Source: Gemmatimonadaceae bacterium (GTDB lineage: Bacteria; Gemmatimonadota; Gemmatimonadetes; Gemmatimonadales; Gemmatimonadaceae). From it: a stretch of DNA of 38,137 nucleotides. The translations under genes and the position numbers were made by a program. Every line of letters begins with the position of its first letter. The first letter of the stretch is position 1. Below, in pieces: positions 30,484 to 38,137 of the stretch. Under the pieces are notes generated by a model, which saw only the letters and a program-made list of their open reading frames with translations, was not told where the DNA came from and did not search any database. The stretch is taken from assembly GCA_041484425.1 (NCBI GenBank), contig JBGPHO010000001.1:1-38137 (forward strand), written 5' to 3'.

Positions 30484-33150
30484 TTGCCCGCGCAAGGAGT
30501 GCTGTCGGCAATAGACGGTAATGCCAACGGACTCTCGGAAGGGGAAGCTGCACGGCGACTCCTGCGCTATGGCCCCAATCTCCTCTCCGCCGCACCCGCT
30601 GAGCCCGCGTGGCGCATTCTGGTCAGACAATTCCGGAGTGTCGTCATCGGTCTTCTCGTCGTTGCGACCGCACTCGCGTGGTGGACATCCGATGTCGCAG
30701 ATGCCGGGGCAATTCTCGCTGTACTTCTCTTGAACGTCGGGATCGGCTTCGTGACCGAGCTCCGGGCGCGCCGAGCGATGGATGCGCTACTCCGTCTCGA
30801 CGCGCCGAGCGCAGTTGTGGTGAGAGAAGGAGGCACACGTGTCGTGGACGCGGGTGAGCTCGTGCCCGGCGACGTCATCGAGCTCGAGCCCGGGCAGGCT
30901 GTTCCCGCCGACTCGCGCTTGCTCGTTGCCACTGCGCTCCAGACCATCGAGGCATCGCTCACCGGAGAGTCGACCGCCGTAGCGAAGAGCGCCGAAGCAG
31001 AACTCGCTGCCACCACGCCTCTACCGGACCGGATCACAATGGTCTACAAGGGAACGACCGTGGCCGACGGCGTCGCGCGCGCCGTCGTCGTCGCCACCGG
31101 GATGTGGACGGAGGTCGGTCGCATCGGCACGCTGGTGAGTGGGATACGCGAGGAGCCCACGCTCCTCGAGAGGCGGCTCGATTCGTTGGGCCGTCGCCTC
31201 GCCGCTGTCGCGGTTGGAGTCGGGATCCTCGTGGCGCTCGTGGCGCTCTATCGGGGCGACTATTTGAGCGCTGTGCTTCAGACGGGTATCGCCGTGGCCA
31301 TCGCCGCGGTTCCCGAAGGTCTTCCGGCCGTGGTCACGATGACAATGGCCATCGCGACACGCCGCATGGCAAGGCGTCATGCGCTCGTGCGCAGACTCCC
31401 CGCGGTGGAGACCCTCGGCTCCGTCACGGTAATCTGCTCCGACAAGACGGGCACGCTCACCGCCGGTCAGCAAACGGTGACGACGATCTGGCTCCCGAAG
31501 GTCGAGATCGACGTGACCGACGTCGGCACAGCCGGTAGTGGGGAATTCGTCGCGGGCGGCGAGCCGCTCCAGCCGGCCGACCACCGGCGGTTGCGCGAGG
31601 CGCTCAGCATCGGAGTGCTGGCGAATCGCGCTGAGATCTGGCGGAGCAACGAACACTGGGAGGGCCGGGGCGACCCGTCAGAGGTTGCGCTCCTCCTTGC
31701 CGCACGGAAAGACGGGATGCTACGTCCCGCGCTCCTTCAAGAGTGCCCGGAAGTAAGCGAGATCCCGTTTTCCAGTGCGCGGATGATGATGGCCACTTTC
31801 CATCGTGACGCGAACGGCGACCTGCTGGCCTTCGTCAAGGGGGCGCATGACCGCGTGCTCGCGCTCTGTGCGGTTGTCGTCGGTGATGCCGGAGACGTGC
31901 CGCTCGATGCCGAGTGGCAGCGCGTCGTCGACGAGCAGGCATCGACGATGGCCGCGCGCGGATTGCGCGTCTTCGCGCTCGCCAAGGGCAGCGTAGCGGA
32001 GACCGATGAACCCGCGCTGCGCGATCTTCGGTTCGTTGGCCTCGCGGGAATGACCGACCCGCCCGCTCAAGGCGTCGTCGAGACAATCGCGACGTTGCAC
32101 GGCGCCGGCATTCGGACGGTGATGCTCACCGGTGATCATCGGGCGACTGCCCGCTCCGTGGCACAGAGCGTCGGCCTTCTGGGGGCCGAGCACGACGCGC
32201 TCGACGGCCGCGACGTGGATCAAATGTCCGATGACGAGCTGACGAGTCGTGCATCCAGCATCGGCGTAGTGAGCCGAGTGAGCCCGGAGGGCAAGCTGCG
32301 GTTCGTCGCGGCGCTGCAGCGACGCGGCGATGTTGTCGCGATGCTCGGCGACGGTATCAACGACGCGGCCGCACTGAAGAAGGCCGACATCGGCGTCGCG
32401 ATGGGGCGTCGCGGCACCGACGCGGCGAAGGAAGTGGCGGGCGTTGTGCTCGAAGACGACCGGTTTCAGACGATCGCGGCCGCTGTCGAGGAAGGGCGCG
32501 TCGTCTTCGACAACATCCGCAAGTTCGTGTTCTATCTCTTCAGCTGCAATCTCGGTGAGATCATCGCCCTACTCGGCGCGGGTCTCACCGGCCTGCCGCT
32601 TCCGATGACATCTCTCCAGATCCTCTGGCTGAACCTGGTGACGGACACGTTTCCAGCGCTGGCACTCGCGCTCGAGCCGGCCGACCCGACCGTGATGCGT
32701 CGCCCCCCGCGTGAGCCCGGAACACCACTCTTGTCGCGCGGCATGCTGCGGCTAACTCTCTTTTACGCGCTGTCGATCGCCGCGTTGACGATCGCGGCGC
32801 TTGTCTGGGGATTGCACGAGTGGCCCGGTGAGCCCGCGCGTGCGGTGACGCTCAGCTTCACCACGCTGGCGCTCGCGCAGATATTCCATCTCGGCAACGC
32901 CCGAAGCACGCAGCACGTCGTCAGCCGGCATCGCGTGTTGGCTAATCGGTACGCCTTGGGCGCGGTCGTGCTGACGGTCGGGCTGCAGGTGCTGGCCGTG
33001 ATCGCTCCGGGGCTGGCTCGGATACTGGGAACAATGCCCCTGAGCATCCGAGGATGGATAACCGCCGTCGCGCTTGGGGCAATTCCCGCACTCGTGGGTC
33101 AGGGCTGGAAATTCCTGGGCGCAGAATCGCGTGAATGGCGACTCTCATAA
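30484..33150 (+). CDS. P-type IIA-like cation-transporting ATPase (true start probably upstream of 30484)
   Basis: [44 protein letters not shown]. Confidence 0.93.
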   Translation: MPAQGVLSAIDGNANGLSEGEAARRLLRYGPNLLSAAPAEPAWRILVRQFRSVVIGLLVVATALAWWTSDVADAGAILAVLLLNVGIGFVTELRARRAMDALLRLDAPSAVVVREGGTRVVDAGELVPGDVIELEPGQAVPADSRLLVATALQTIEASLTGESTAVAKSAEAELAATTPLPDRITMVYKGTTVADGVARAVVVATGMWTEVGRIGTLVSGIREEPTLLERRLDSLGRRLAAVAVGVGILVALVALYRGDYLSAVLQTGIAVAIAAVPEGLPAVVTMTMAIATRRMARRHALVRRLPAVETLGSVTVICSDKTGTLTAGQQTVTTIWLPKVEIDVTDVGTAGSGEFVAGGEPLQPADHRRLREALSIGVLANRAEIWRSNEHWEGRGDPSEVALLLAARKDGMLRPALLQECPEVSEIPFSSARMMMATFHRDANGDLLAFVKGAHDRVLALCAVVVGDAGDVPLDAEWQRVVDEQASTMAARGLRVFALAKGSVAETDEPALRDLRFVGLAGMTDPPAQGVVETIATLHGAGIRTVMLTGDHRATARSVAQSVGLLGAEHDALDGRDVDQMSDDELTSRASSIGVVSRVSPEGKLRFVAALQRRGDVVAMLGDGINDAAALKKADIGVAMGRRGTDAAKEVAGVVLEDDRFQTIAAAVEEGRVVFDNIRKFVFYLFSCNLGEIIALLGAGLTGLPLPMTSLQILWLNLVTDTFPALALALEPADPTVMRRPPREPGTPLLSRGMLRLTLFYALSIAALTIAALVWGLHEWPGEPARAVTLSFTTLALAQIFHLGNARSTQHVVSRHRVLANRYALGAVVLTVGLQVLAVIAPGLARILGTMPLSIRGWITAVALGAIPALVGQGWKFLGAESREWRLS

Positions 33151-33389
33151 GGAAACGCGGCGAAGCAGCTGTGCATTCACAGCAACCGCCACGGTGCTCA
33201 GCGACATGAGAATCGCTCCCACGGCCGGATTCAGGATGGTCCCCCAGGGCGCGAGCACGCCTGCCGCCAGCGGAATGGCAACAATGTTGTAGCCCGCTGC
33301 CCACCACAGATTCTGCATCATCGATATGTCGCCTTGCTCAGCGCGATGATGCGAGGCACATCGCGCTGATCACTTCGGATCAACACGAC
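33145..33389 (-). pseudogene. C-terminal remnant of a CopB-like P1B copper ATPase, frameshifted
   Basis: Manual translation: [23 protein letters not shown] / frameshift / [58 protein letters not shown]. Confidence 0.85.
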
Positions 33390-33473
33390 GAACTCCTTCG
33401 AGCGTCCATGTTCGCCAGCGAAGAAGATGTGCTGCGTCAGGCATCTTTGCGGCAGGGAATGCCGCGGAAGGAG

Positions 33474-34292
33474 CTACAGTTTCCTGCAGTGGCTGTTTTG
33501 AGAAGCAATGGTCAGCACCGCGGTGCCGACTACCGGCATCGTGCTCTCGATTCTTGCCGGCAGCCTGCAATCGTCGTCGGTCAGATGAATCCGGATGATG
33601 CCCTCTCCTTTATAGTGCTGAGGGTCGCGCACGCGCATCTCGACCAGGATCACCCGCAGCTCTCCCATTGGAGTTGGAATCATCTCGCGGCGGATCACAC
33701 TCACTGTGGTCGGGTTTCGGGCGGAGTCGAAGTGGCGATCAAAGCGGTACGTCGCTCCCGGGGTCATTGGAAGCGTGCGGATGAAGTACATGAAGGACAG
33801 CTCGTCCAGCGGCGTGTTGCTCAGGCTTTGGCCGGTCTCTCCATTCGCCGATTTCCACTCTTTCAGATCGGGAAAGAGGTCAACCGACTCGTCACGACGC
33901 GCCAACGGATTCTTTTCGTGCTTCAGGAAACGGAGCGAGGAGCCCCGAAGCGGGTCGAACCACGATGAGCTGCTGCTGAGCGCCGTGAGGAGCGCAATGC
34001 GAATTTTCGAATCGAAGCGGAGAAGATATGTGCTGGTCCCGCGGATATCGACCGGACCTTCGATCCACATTGTCGCTGTTCCGACTTTGCCGCCGCGGGC
34101 GACGCTGACTTCGTACGTGAGCTTCTCTCCAACGGAGAAGGGCAGCGCGGCGGTCCCGGAGGGTACTCGGCCGCTGGCGCAGACACCCATGACTGCGAGA
34201 GCAATGAAGCCGGGTTGTCCCAGCTTGATGGCGCCGAGTGCACGCCGGGGGAATTGCGGCCCCGGTGGCTCAAGGAGAGAGGTGGGAATCAT
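33474..34292 (-). CDS. DUF3108-like exported protein
   Basis: LPFSVGEKLTYEV, PLDELSFMYFIRTLP, I.LTDD..RLP.RI. Confidence 0.75.
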   Translation of the reverse strand: MIPTSLLEPPGPQFPRRALGAIKLGQPGFIALAVMGVCASGRVPSGTAALPFSVGEKLTYEVSVARGGKVGTATMWIEGPVDIRGTSTYLLRFDSKIRIALLTALSSSSSWFDPLRGSSLRFLKHEKNPLARRDESVDLFPDLKEWKSANGETGQSLSNTPLDELSFMYFIRTLPMTPGATYRFDRHFDSARNPTTVSVIRREMIPTPMGELRVILVEMRVRDPQHYKGEGIIRIHLTDDDCRLPARIESTMPVVGTAVLTIASQNSHCRKL

Positions 34293-34369
34293 CCTTCAAG
34301 ATGCTTGAGCTTTGTGCGTCTAACTGTCGGGGAGCACGGTCGAATCCTGGGCGAATGGACCGTGATGCG

Positions 34370-34387
34370 GTGAGGGAAAGCCCTACA
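34370..34387. promoter_or_regulatory. Candidate operator in the DUF3108/SRPBCC divergent region
   Basis: Reverse complement TGTAGGGCTTTCCCTCAC resembles the sites at 16472 and 29157. Confidence 0.45.
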
Positions 34388-34503
34388 CGCTCAAGGTAGC
34401 TAGTTGTAGGAGCGATGCTTACACCGTTCCGGGACATCGCCCGATACCTGATCGACCCTCCCGCTGACAACTTGCCGGCGTCCCCTGCTCAGAGGTTGTA
34501 TCC

Positions 34504-35571
34504 GTGACGGCGCCCAGCATACTCGTAGCAAGGAGCGAAGCGCGTCGGCGCGCTCTTTTCGAGATCAGTTCGACGCAGCGAAAGGTGTTCGGAACATTTC
34601 TGCTGCTTCACGGTCTGGCTCACGCCGGAGTCGGAGTGTGGGCGATCGAGACCGGTCGCTGGTGGATCGTCACTTCGCTTTGGGAGCTCGGGATGGTGGG
34701 CTTCCTGGCAGCGGGTTTTGGCGCGCTGGGTACCAAGGCCCTTCGACCTTACTGGCGCGCTCTTACCGTCGTCGGGGCGGTAGGGTCATTCGTTCTCTTT
34801 CTGCTCGCGCCAAATGGGTGGTTCGTCGCGGGCATGGCGATCGACATCATGGCGGTCGCCCTCGTTGTGTACTCCCGTGATGGCTCGTCGCCGGACAACT
34901 CCACGATCGGAGCTCGGGGACGTGCAGGCCGCGTCGTCGCTGCGACTATCGCCTGGGCTGTTCTCATCTACGTCGCACTGGTGCTCGCACTGCGTCCATG
35001 GGATTCACGCTGGGGGACCACCGACGCGGAGTTCGCAATGTCGCTCCCCGGTGACCAGCTCGTGCCAGTCGCGCACTACCGAATCGATCACGCCATCACG
35101 ATCAACGCGCCCGTGGAAGCCGTCTGGCCCTGGCTTATACAGATCGGCCAGGATCGTGGTGGGTTCTACAGCTATTCGGGGCTCGAAAACGCAATCGGCG
35201 CCAAGATCACGAATGCCGACCGGATTGTTCCTGAGTGGCAGCAACGATATGTCGGGGAGATTGTGCGATCCGTCCCTCCAGATTGGATGGGTGGAGTGTT
35301 TGGAAAAGAGACGGGCTGGCGAGTCGCTCAGATCGTTCCCGGCCGGGCAATCGTTCTGGAGGGATGGGGTGCATTTGTGCTCGTTCCTGTGAATCCGACC
35401 ACGACGCGGATGCTGATCCGCCTGCGGGGACCAGGCGGGCCGAGCTTGCAGGGTGTCGCCCTGTCGCCGCTCGGAGTACTGGTCTTCGAGCCCGCTCATT
35501 TCATAATGGAGCGCAGGATGCTCCTCGGCATCAAGGAGCGAGCAGAGCGAAGATCGCCGGCAGTCTCCTGA
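34504..35571 (+). CDS. Membrane protein with a C-terminal SRPBCC/START-like domain
   Basis: About five N-terminal TM segments; RWGTT..E....LPGD, AITINAP.EAVWPWLIQIGQDRGGFYSY, HFIMERRML.GIKERAE. Confidence 0.78.
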   Translation: MTAPSILVARSEARRRALFEISSTQRKVFGTFLLLHGLAHAGVGVWAIETGRWWIVTSLWELGMVGFLAAGFGALGTKALRPYWRALTVVGAVGSFVLFLLAPNGWFVAGMAIDIMAVALVVYSRDGSSPDNSTIGARGRAGRVVAATIAWAVLIYVALVLALRPWDSRWGTTDAEFAMSLPGDQLVPVAHYRIDHAITINAPVEAVWPWLIQIGQDRGGFYSYSGLENAIGAKITNADRIVPEWQQRYVGEIVRSVPPDWMGGVFGKETGWRVAQIVPGRAIVLEGWGAFVLVPVNPTTTRMLIRLRGPGGPSLQGVALSPLGVLVFEPAHFIMERRMLLGIKERAERRSPAVS

Positions 35572-35649
35572 GCCGGGTGAGGAAAACTCTCACAAAAATA
35601 CAGCGGAACTCCGACGGACGCGGATTGCTCGAGGCTTCAACTTGTCATC

Positions 35650-35970
35650 ATGGGATTCTACGAAGAAAGACCACCGCGCCACGGACACCGCACTCCGTCC
35701 GAACTGGCTGAAGACGAGATCCTCTCGGCGCTCCACGGAGATTTCTGCGGAATGCCGGAAGCCAAGGAAGAGCCTCGACCGGCGACTGATGCCAAGTGCG
35801 TGCGTTTGACGCACGTCGCACTACTGCCCTGGGCCGACGCGCATCCTCTCACAGCGACATTGGCAAAGCAGCCTCGTGCCAGCTCGGGAAGGGCCCCAAC
35901 TCCAGCCACAACCTTGCGCGAACGGACAAAGCGCGGGAGAAAAGCGAGCCATGACGACGCAGACAGCTGA
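35650..35970 (+). CDS. Possible small hypothetical protein
   Basis: 106-aa ORF filling the gap; no recognisable motif or clear SD. Confidence 0.2.
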   Translation: MGFYEERPPRHGHRTPSELAEDEILSALHGDFCGMPEAKEEPRPATDAKCVRLTHVALLPWADAHPLTATLAKQPRASSGRAPTPATTLRERTKRGRKASHDDADS

Positions 35971-36910
35971 GACGCCGCGCGCAAAACCAAGAACACCCCC
36001 GGGCGCGCGAGAGTTTCGTCACCTCTTCCGGCCGGGCACTTCCTTCAAACTCCTGCTGGCAATTGAAAACGACGACAATGCCCGGGCTGCGATTGGCGTG
36101 ACTGAGGCTCTGACCGCGCGAGGCGCGGTGCCTAGCGTCATTCATGGCACCGAGCTGATGACGCCAGTTGCCGGCACTCCCGACTCGATGCTGTTTTATG
36201 CGGAAGCGGTGCTCGGCGAAGAATTCCACGAGGGACTCGTTAATTCCCTTCGCGCATTGATTTCATCCACAACCGGTCGAGCTCAACCATGGCCGGTGCG
36301 AAGTGTTACCGGGGAACCATCTTTCTGTATCGTGCAGGAAGCTCAAGCAACAAATGCCGAGCTTCTGGTGATGGGGATCCACCGGCACGGCCGGCTCGAG
36401 CAGGCAATCGGTGAGAACACTGCCACTCGCGTCATGGGAAGGACAGCCGTCCCAGTACTTGGCGTGCGTCCGGCATTATCAGGATTGCCGCGGCGAATCA
36501 TGGTAGCCACCGACTTCGGAAACGCCAGCCGCGAAGCTGCCCATCTCGCCGCAAACCTGGCTGACCCCGGTGGTTGTGTGATTCTCGTTCACGCCACTCT
36601 GCCCACGGCGTTGGTCGAAGAGGGCGACGAGGGCGCGGCTCTCATACAGCGCGAAGGAATCGAACACGCCTTTCTCCACCTGACCGACGAGATCAGCGAA
36701 GGCAAGTCGATTCGCGTTGAGACGGTTACGCGTACCGGTGATGCCGGCGCGCAGATGATGGCCGCGGCCGCACTCGTCTCACCCGATCTGATCGCCATTG
36801 CGAGCCAGCGCCACCATCTCATCACTCGACTGATGCTGGGAAGTGTTACCCGGAAGCTGGTGCGGGAAGGCAGTTGGTCGATGCTCATCACTGCACCCGC
36901 CCGGAGCTAG
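35951..36910 (+). CDS. Tandem-domain universal stress protein
   Basis: GGGAGA SD; ELLVMGIHRHG, RIMVATDFG, DLIAIAS..MLGSVT. Confidence 0.9.
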   Translation: MTTQTAETPRAKPRTPPGAREFRHLFRPGTSFKLLLAIENDDNARAAIGVTEALTARGAVPSVIHGTELMTPVAGTPDSMLFYAEAVLGEEFHEGLVNSLRALISSTTGRAQPWPVRSVTGEPSFCIVQEAQATNAELLVMGIHRHGRLEQAIGENTATRVMGRTAVPVLGVRPALSGLPRRIMVATDFGNASREAAHLAANLADPGGCVILVHATLPTALVEEGDEGAALIQREGIEHAFLHLTDEISEGKSIRVETVTRTGDAGAQMMAAAALVSPDLIAIASQRHHLITRLMLGSVTRKLVREGSWSMLITAPARS

Positions 36911-36965
36911 GCGCAGGTTCGGCGCAGCCGACATGAGCGTCGTACACACTAACTAAGGAGGAACG

Positions 36966-37457
36966 ATGTCACCGAATACAAGGGTTGCCCGGCGTCGCCC
37001 GACGGCACTGCCGCAGATCTTTGCATCAACCAGATTCCCGGACGTAGCACAGATAATGGAGAATGCGCTCGGTCTCTTCCCGGAGTTTCCCGCGATGGCC
37101 GAGCTGACCCAGGTGGGCCTCTTCCCGACTGTGAACGTTACCGAAGATCCGACGATCTTTACGGTTACCGCCGAGCTTGCGGGACTCGCGGCGGATGATG
37201 TCCACGTCGATTTCACCGACGGCGTGCTCACGATCCAGGGCGATAAGACCGAGGAGCGCACCGAAAAAGGAAACGGCACGAAGTATCACGTTTGGGAGCG
37301 GCGGTCTGGCAGCTTCCAGCGGTCGTTCCCGTTCCCCGGGGGAGTGGCCGGTGACAAGATCACGGCCGACATGAAGGATGGCGTGTTGACGATCCTGCTT
37401 CCCAAAGCAACACAGGAACAAGCGCGGCGGCGCTCGATCAAGATCAACACGAAGTAG
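36966..37457 (+). CDS. Hsp20/alpha-crystallin small heat-shock protein
   Basis: AAGGAGG SD; PTVNV.E, LTIQG, ERRSGSFQRSF, A.MKDGVLTI.LPK. Confidence 0.93.
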   Translation: MSPNTRVARRRPTALPQIFASTRFPDVAQIMENALGLFPEFPAMAELTQVGLFPTVNVTEDPTIFTVTAELAGLAADDVHVDFTDGVLTIQGDKTEERTEKGNGTKYHVWERRSGSFQRSFPFPGGVAGDKITADMKDGVLTILLPKATQEQARRRSIKINTK

Positions 37458-37574
37458 GCGCGCTGCGGCCTCGCAGTAAGATGCGCCTTTACCTCCGGGT
37501 GGACTTGCGCGTCGGGAGTTCACCCGGAAGTGCGTTCTATCGCCAAAGTTGACAACGGTCAGGCGATGGGGCAG

Positions 37575-37927
37575 TCATTGAACGGGCTCTTCCGCGTGTG
37601 TGTCGCACCGTAAGGTCCACGGCGCAAGCACAGTCGGGCAGTCGAGATCGGTTCACCGCATTTCTCGCACACGCCGTAGAGTTCAGGGTTATCGTGCAGC
37701 ACCAGTAGTGCGTCATTGATTGCCACAAGTATCGATGACTCCTGTTCGGCGATTAGTTGGTCGATCTCCTGCTCGATCATCGCCGCTGCGTCAAAAGCCT
37801 TCGTGGCGCGCCTCTTCTCTCGCCGGTCTATGACTGCGTTTGTCGCCGCCAAACTGAGCATTGACTGCGCCCGTGCGCGGCGAAGGACCTCTCTGAAATG
37901 CACCCGATCGCCCGTTGTGACACACAT
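37575..37927 (-). pseudogene. TraR/DksA-type zinc-finger protein with a 1-nt frameshift
   Basis: GGAGGAG SD; AINDAL....YGVCEKCGEPISTARL, continuing in another frame as PWTLRCDTHAEEPVQ*. Confidence 0.72.
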
Positions 37928-37966
37928 GGCTCCTCCCGCCACATCGTCAGCTCGACACCAGCCACG

Positions 37967-38137
37967 CTACTTACGTCCCGTCAGGACAAACGTGATTCTG
38001 GCGGTGAGACGGTACTTCGTCACTTTGTTGTTCTCGACGACTGCCTTCATGCTGGCTACCCAGATCTCGGTGATGTTCTCGACCGTCTTCGCAGCCTCCG
38101 TGACCGCGTTCTTCACGGCATCGTCCCAGCTTTTCTC
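37967..38137 (-). CDS. Dodecin family flavin-binding protein (5' end outside the window)
   Basis: Manual translation EKSWDDAVKNAVTEAAKTVENITEIWVASMKAVVENNKVTKYRLTARITFVLTGRK*. Confidence 0.85.
   Translation of the reverse strand, partial: EKSWDDAVKNAVTEAAKTVENITEIWVASMKAVVENNKVTKYRLTARITFVLTGRK

Noticed and set aside
37458-37490. Hairpin after hsp20 (CTGCG-GCCT-CGCAG) as a terminator
   Set aside because: Short stem without an adjacent U-tract; too weak to call.

Overview
High-GC bacterial window, plausibly Gemmatimonadota (an inference from gene content and style only). Left part (1-16.2 kb) is mostly housekeeping. It holds metH under a SAM-II-type riboswitch with an intrinsic terminator, a prolyl oligopeptidase-yggT-yggU-receiver-like-methyltransferase operon, an EVE protein, a coupled degenerate REC/Hpt/GGDEF regulator-HEAT protein-processive GT2 operon, a lipoprotein, gltA and ogt. 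Right part (16.3-38.1 kb) is an anoxia/metal-redox island. A clade II nosZ-nosB-nosDFY operon with a cupredoxin converges on a Cu-nitrite reductase (nirK-like), which is flanked by two short heme-copper-oxidase-like membrane paralogues. Next come a VIT1/CCC1 iron transporter and a Cyc2-like cytochrome-porin fusion + DoxX + monoheme cytochrome c cassette. The rest comprises three USPs, a P-type ATPase, a CopB remnant, DUF3108, an SRPBCC-like protein, Hsp20, a frameshifted TraR/DksA gene and a partial dodecin. A recurring GTMGG..CCCTAC-like palindrome lies upstream of several island operons. The top hypothesis is an outer-membrane Fe(II)/electron-uptake conduit co-located and possibly co-regulated with nitrite and N2O reduction. 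All calls come from reading motifs by eye; no database search was run.
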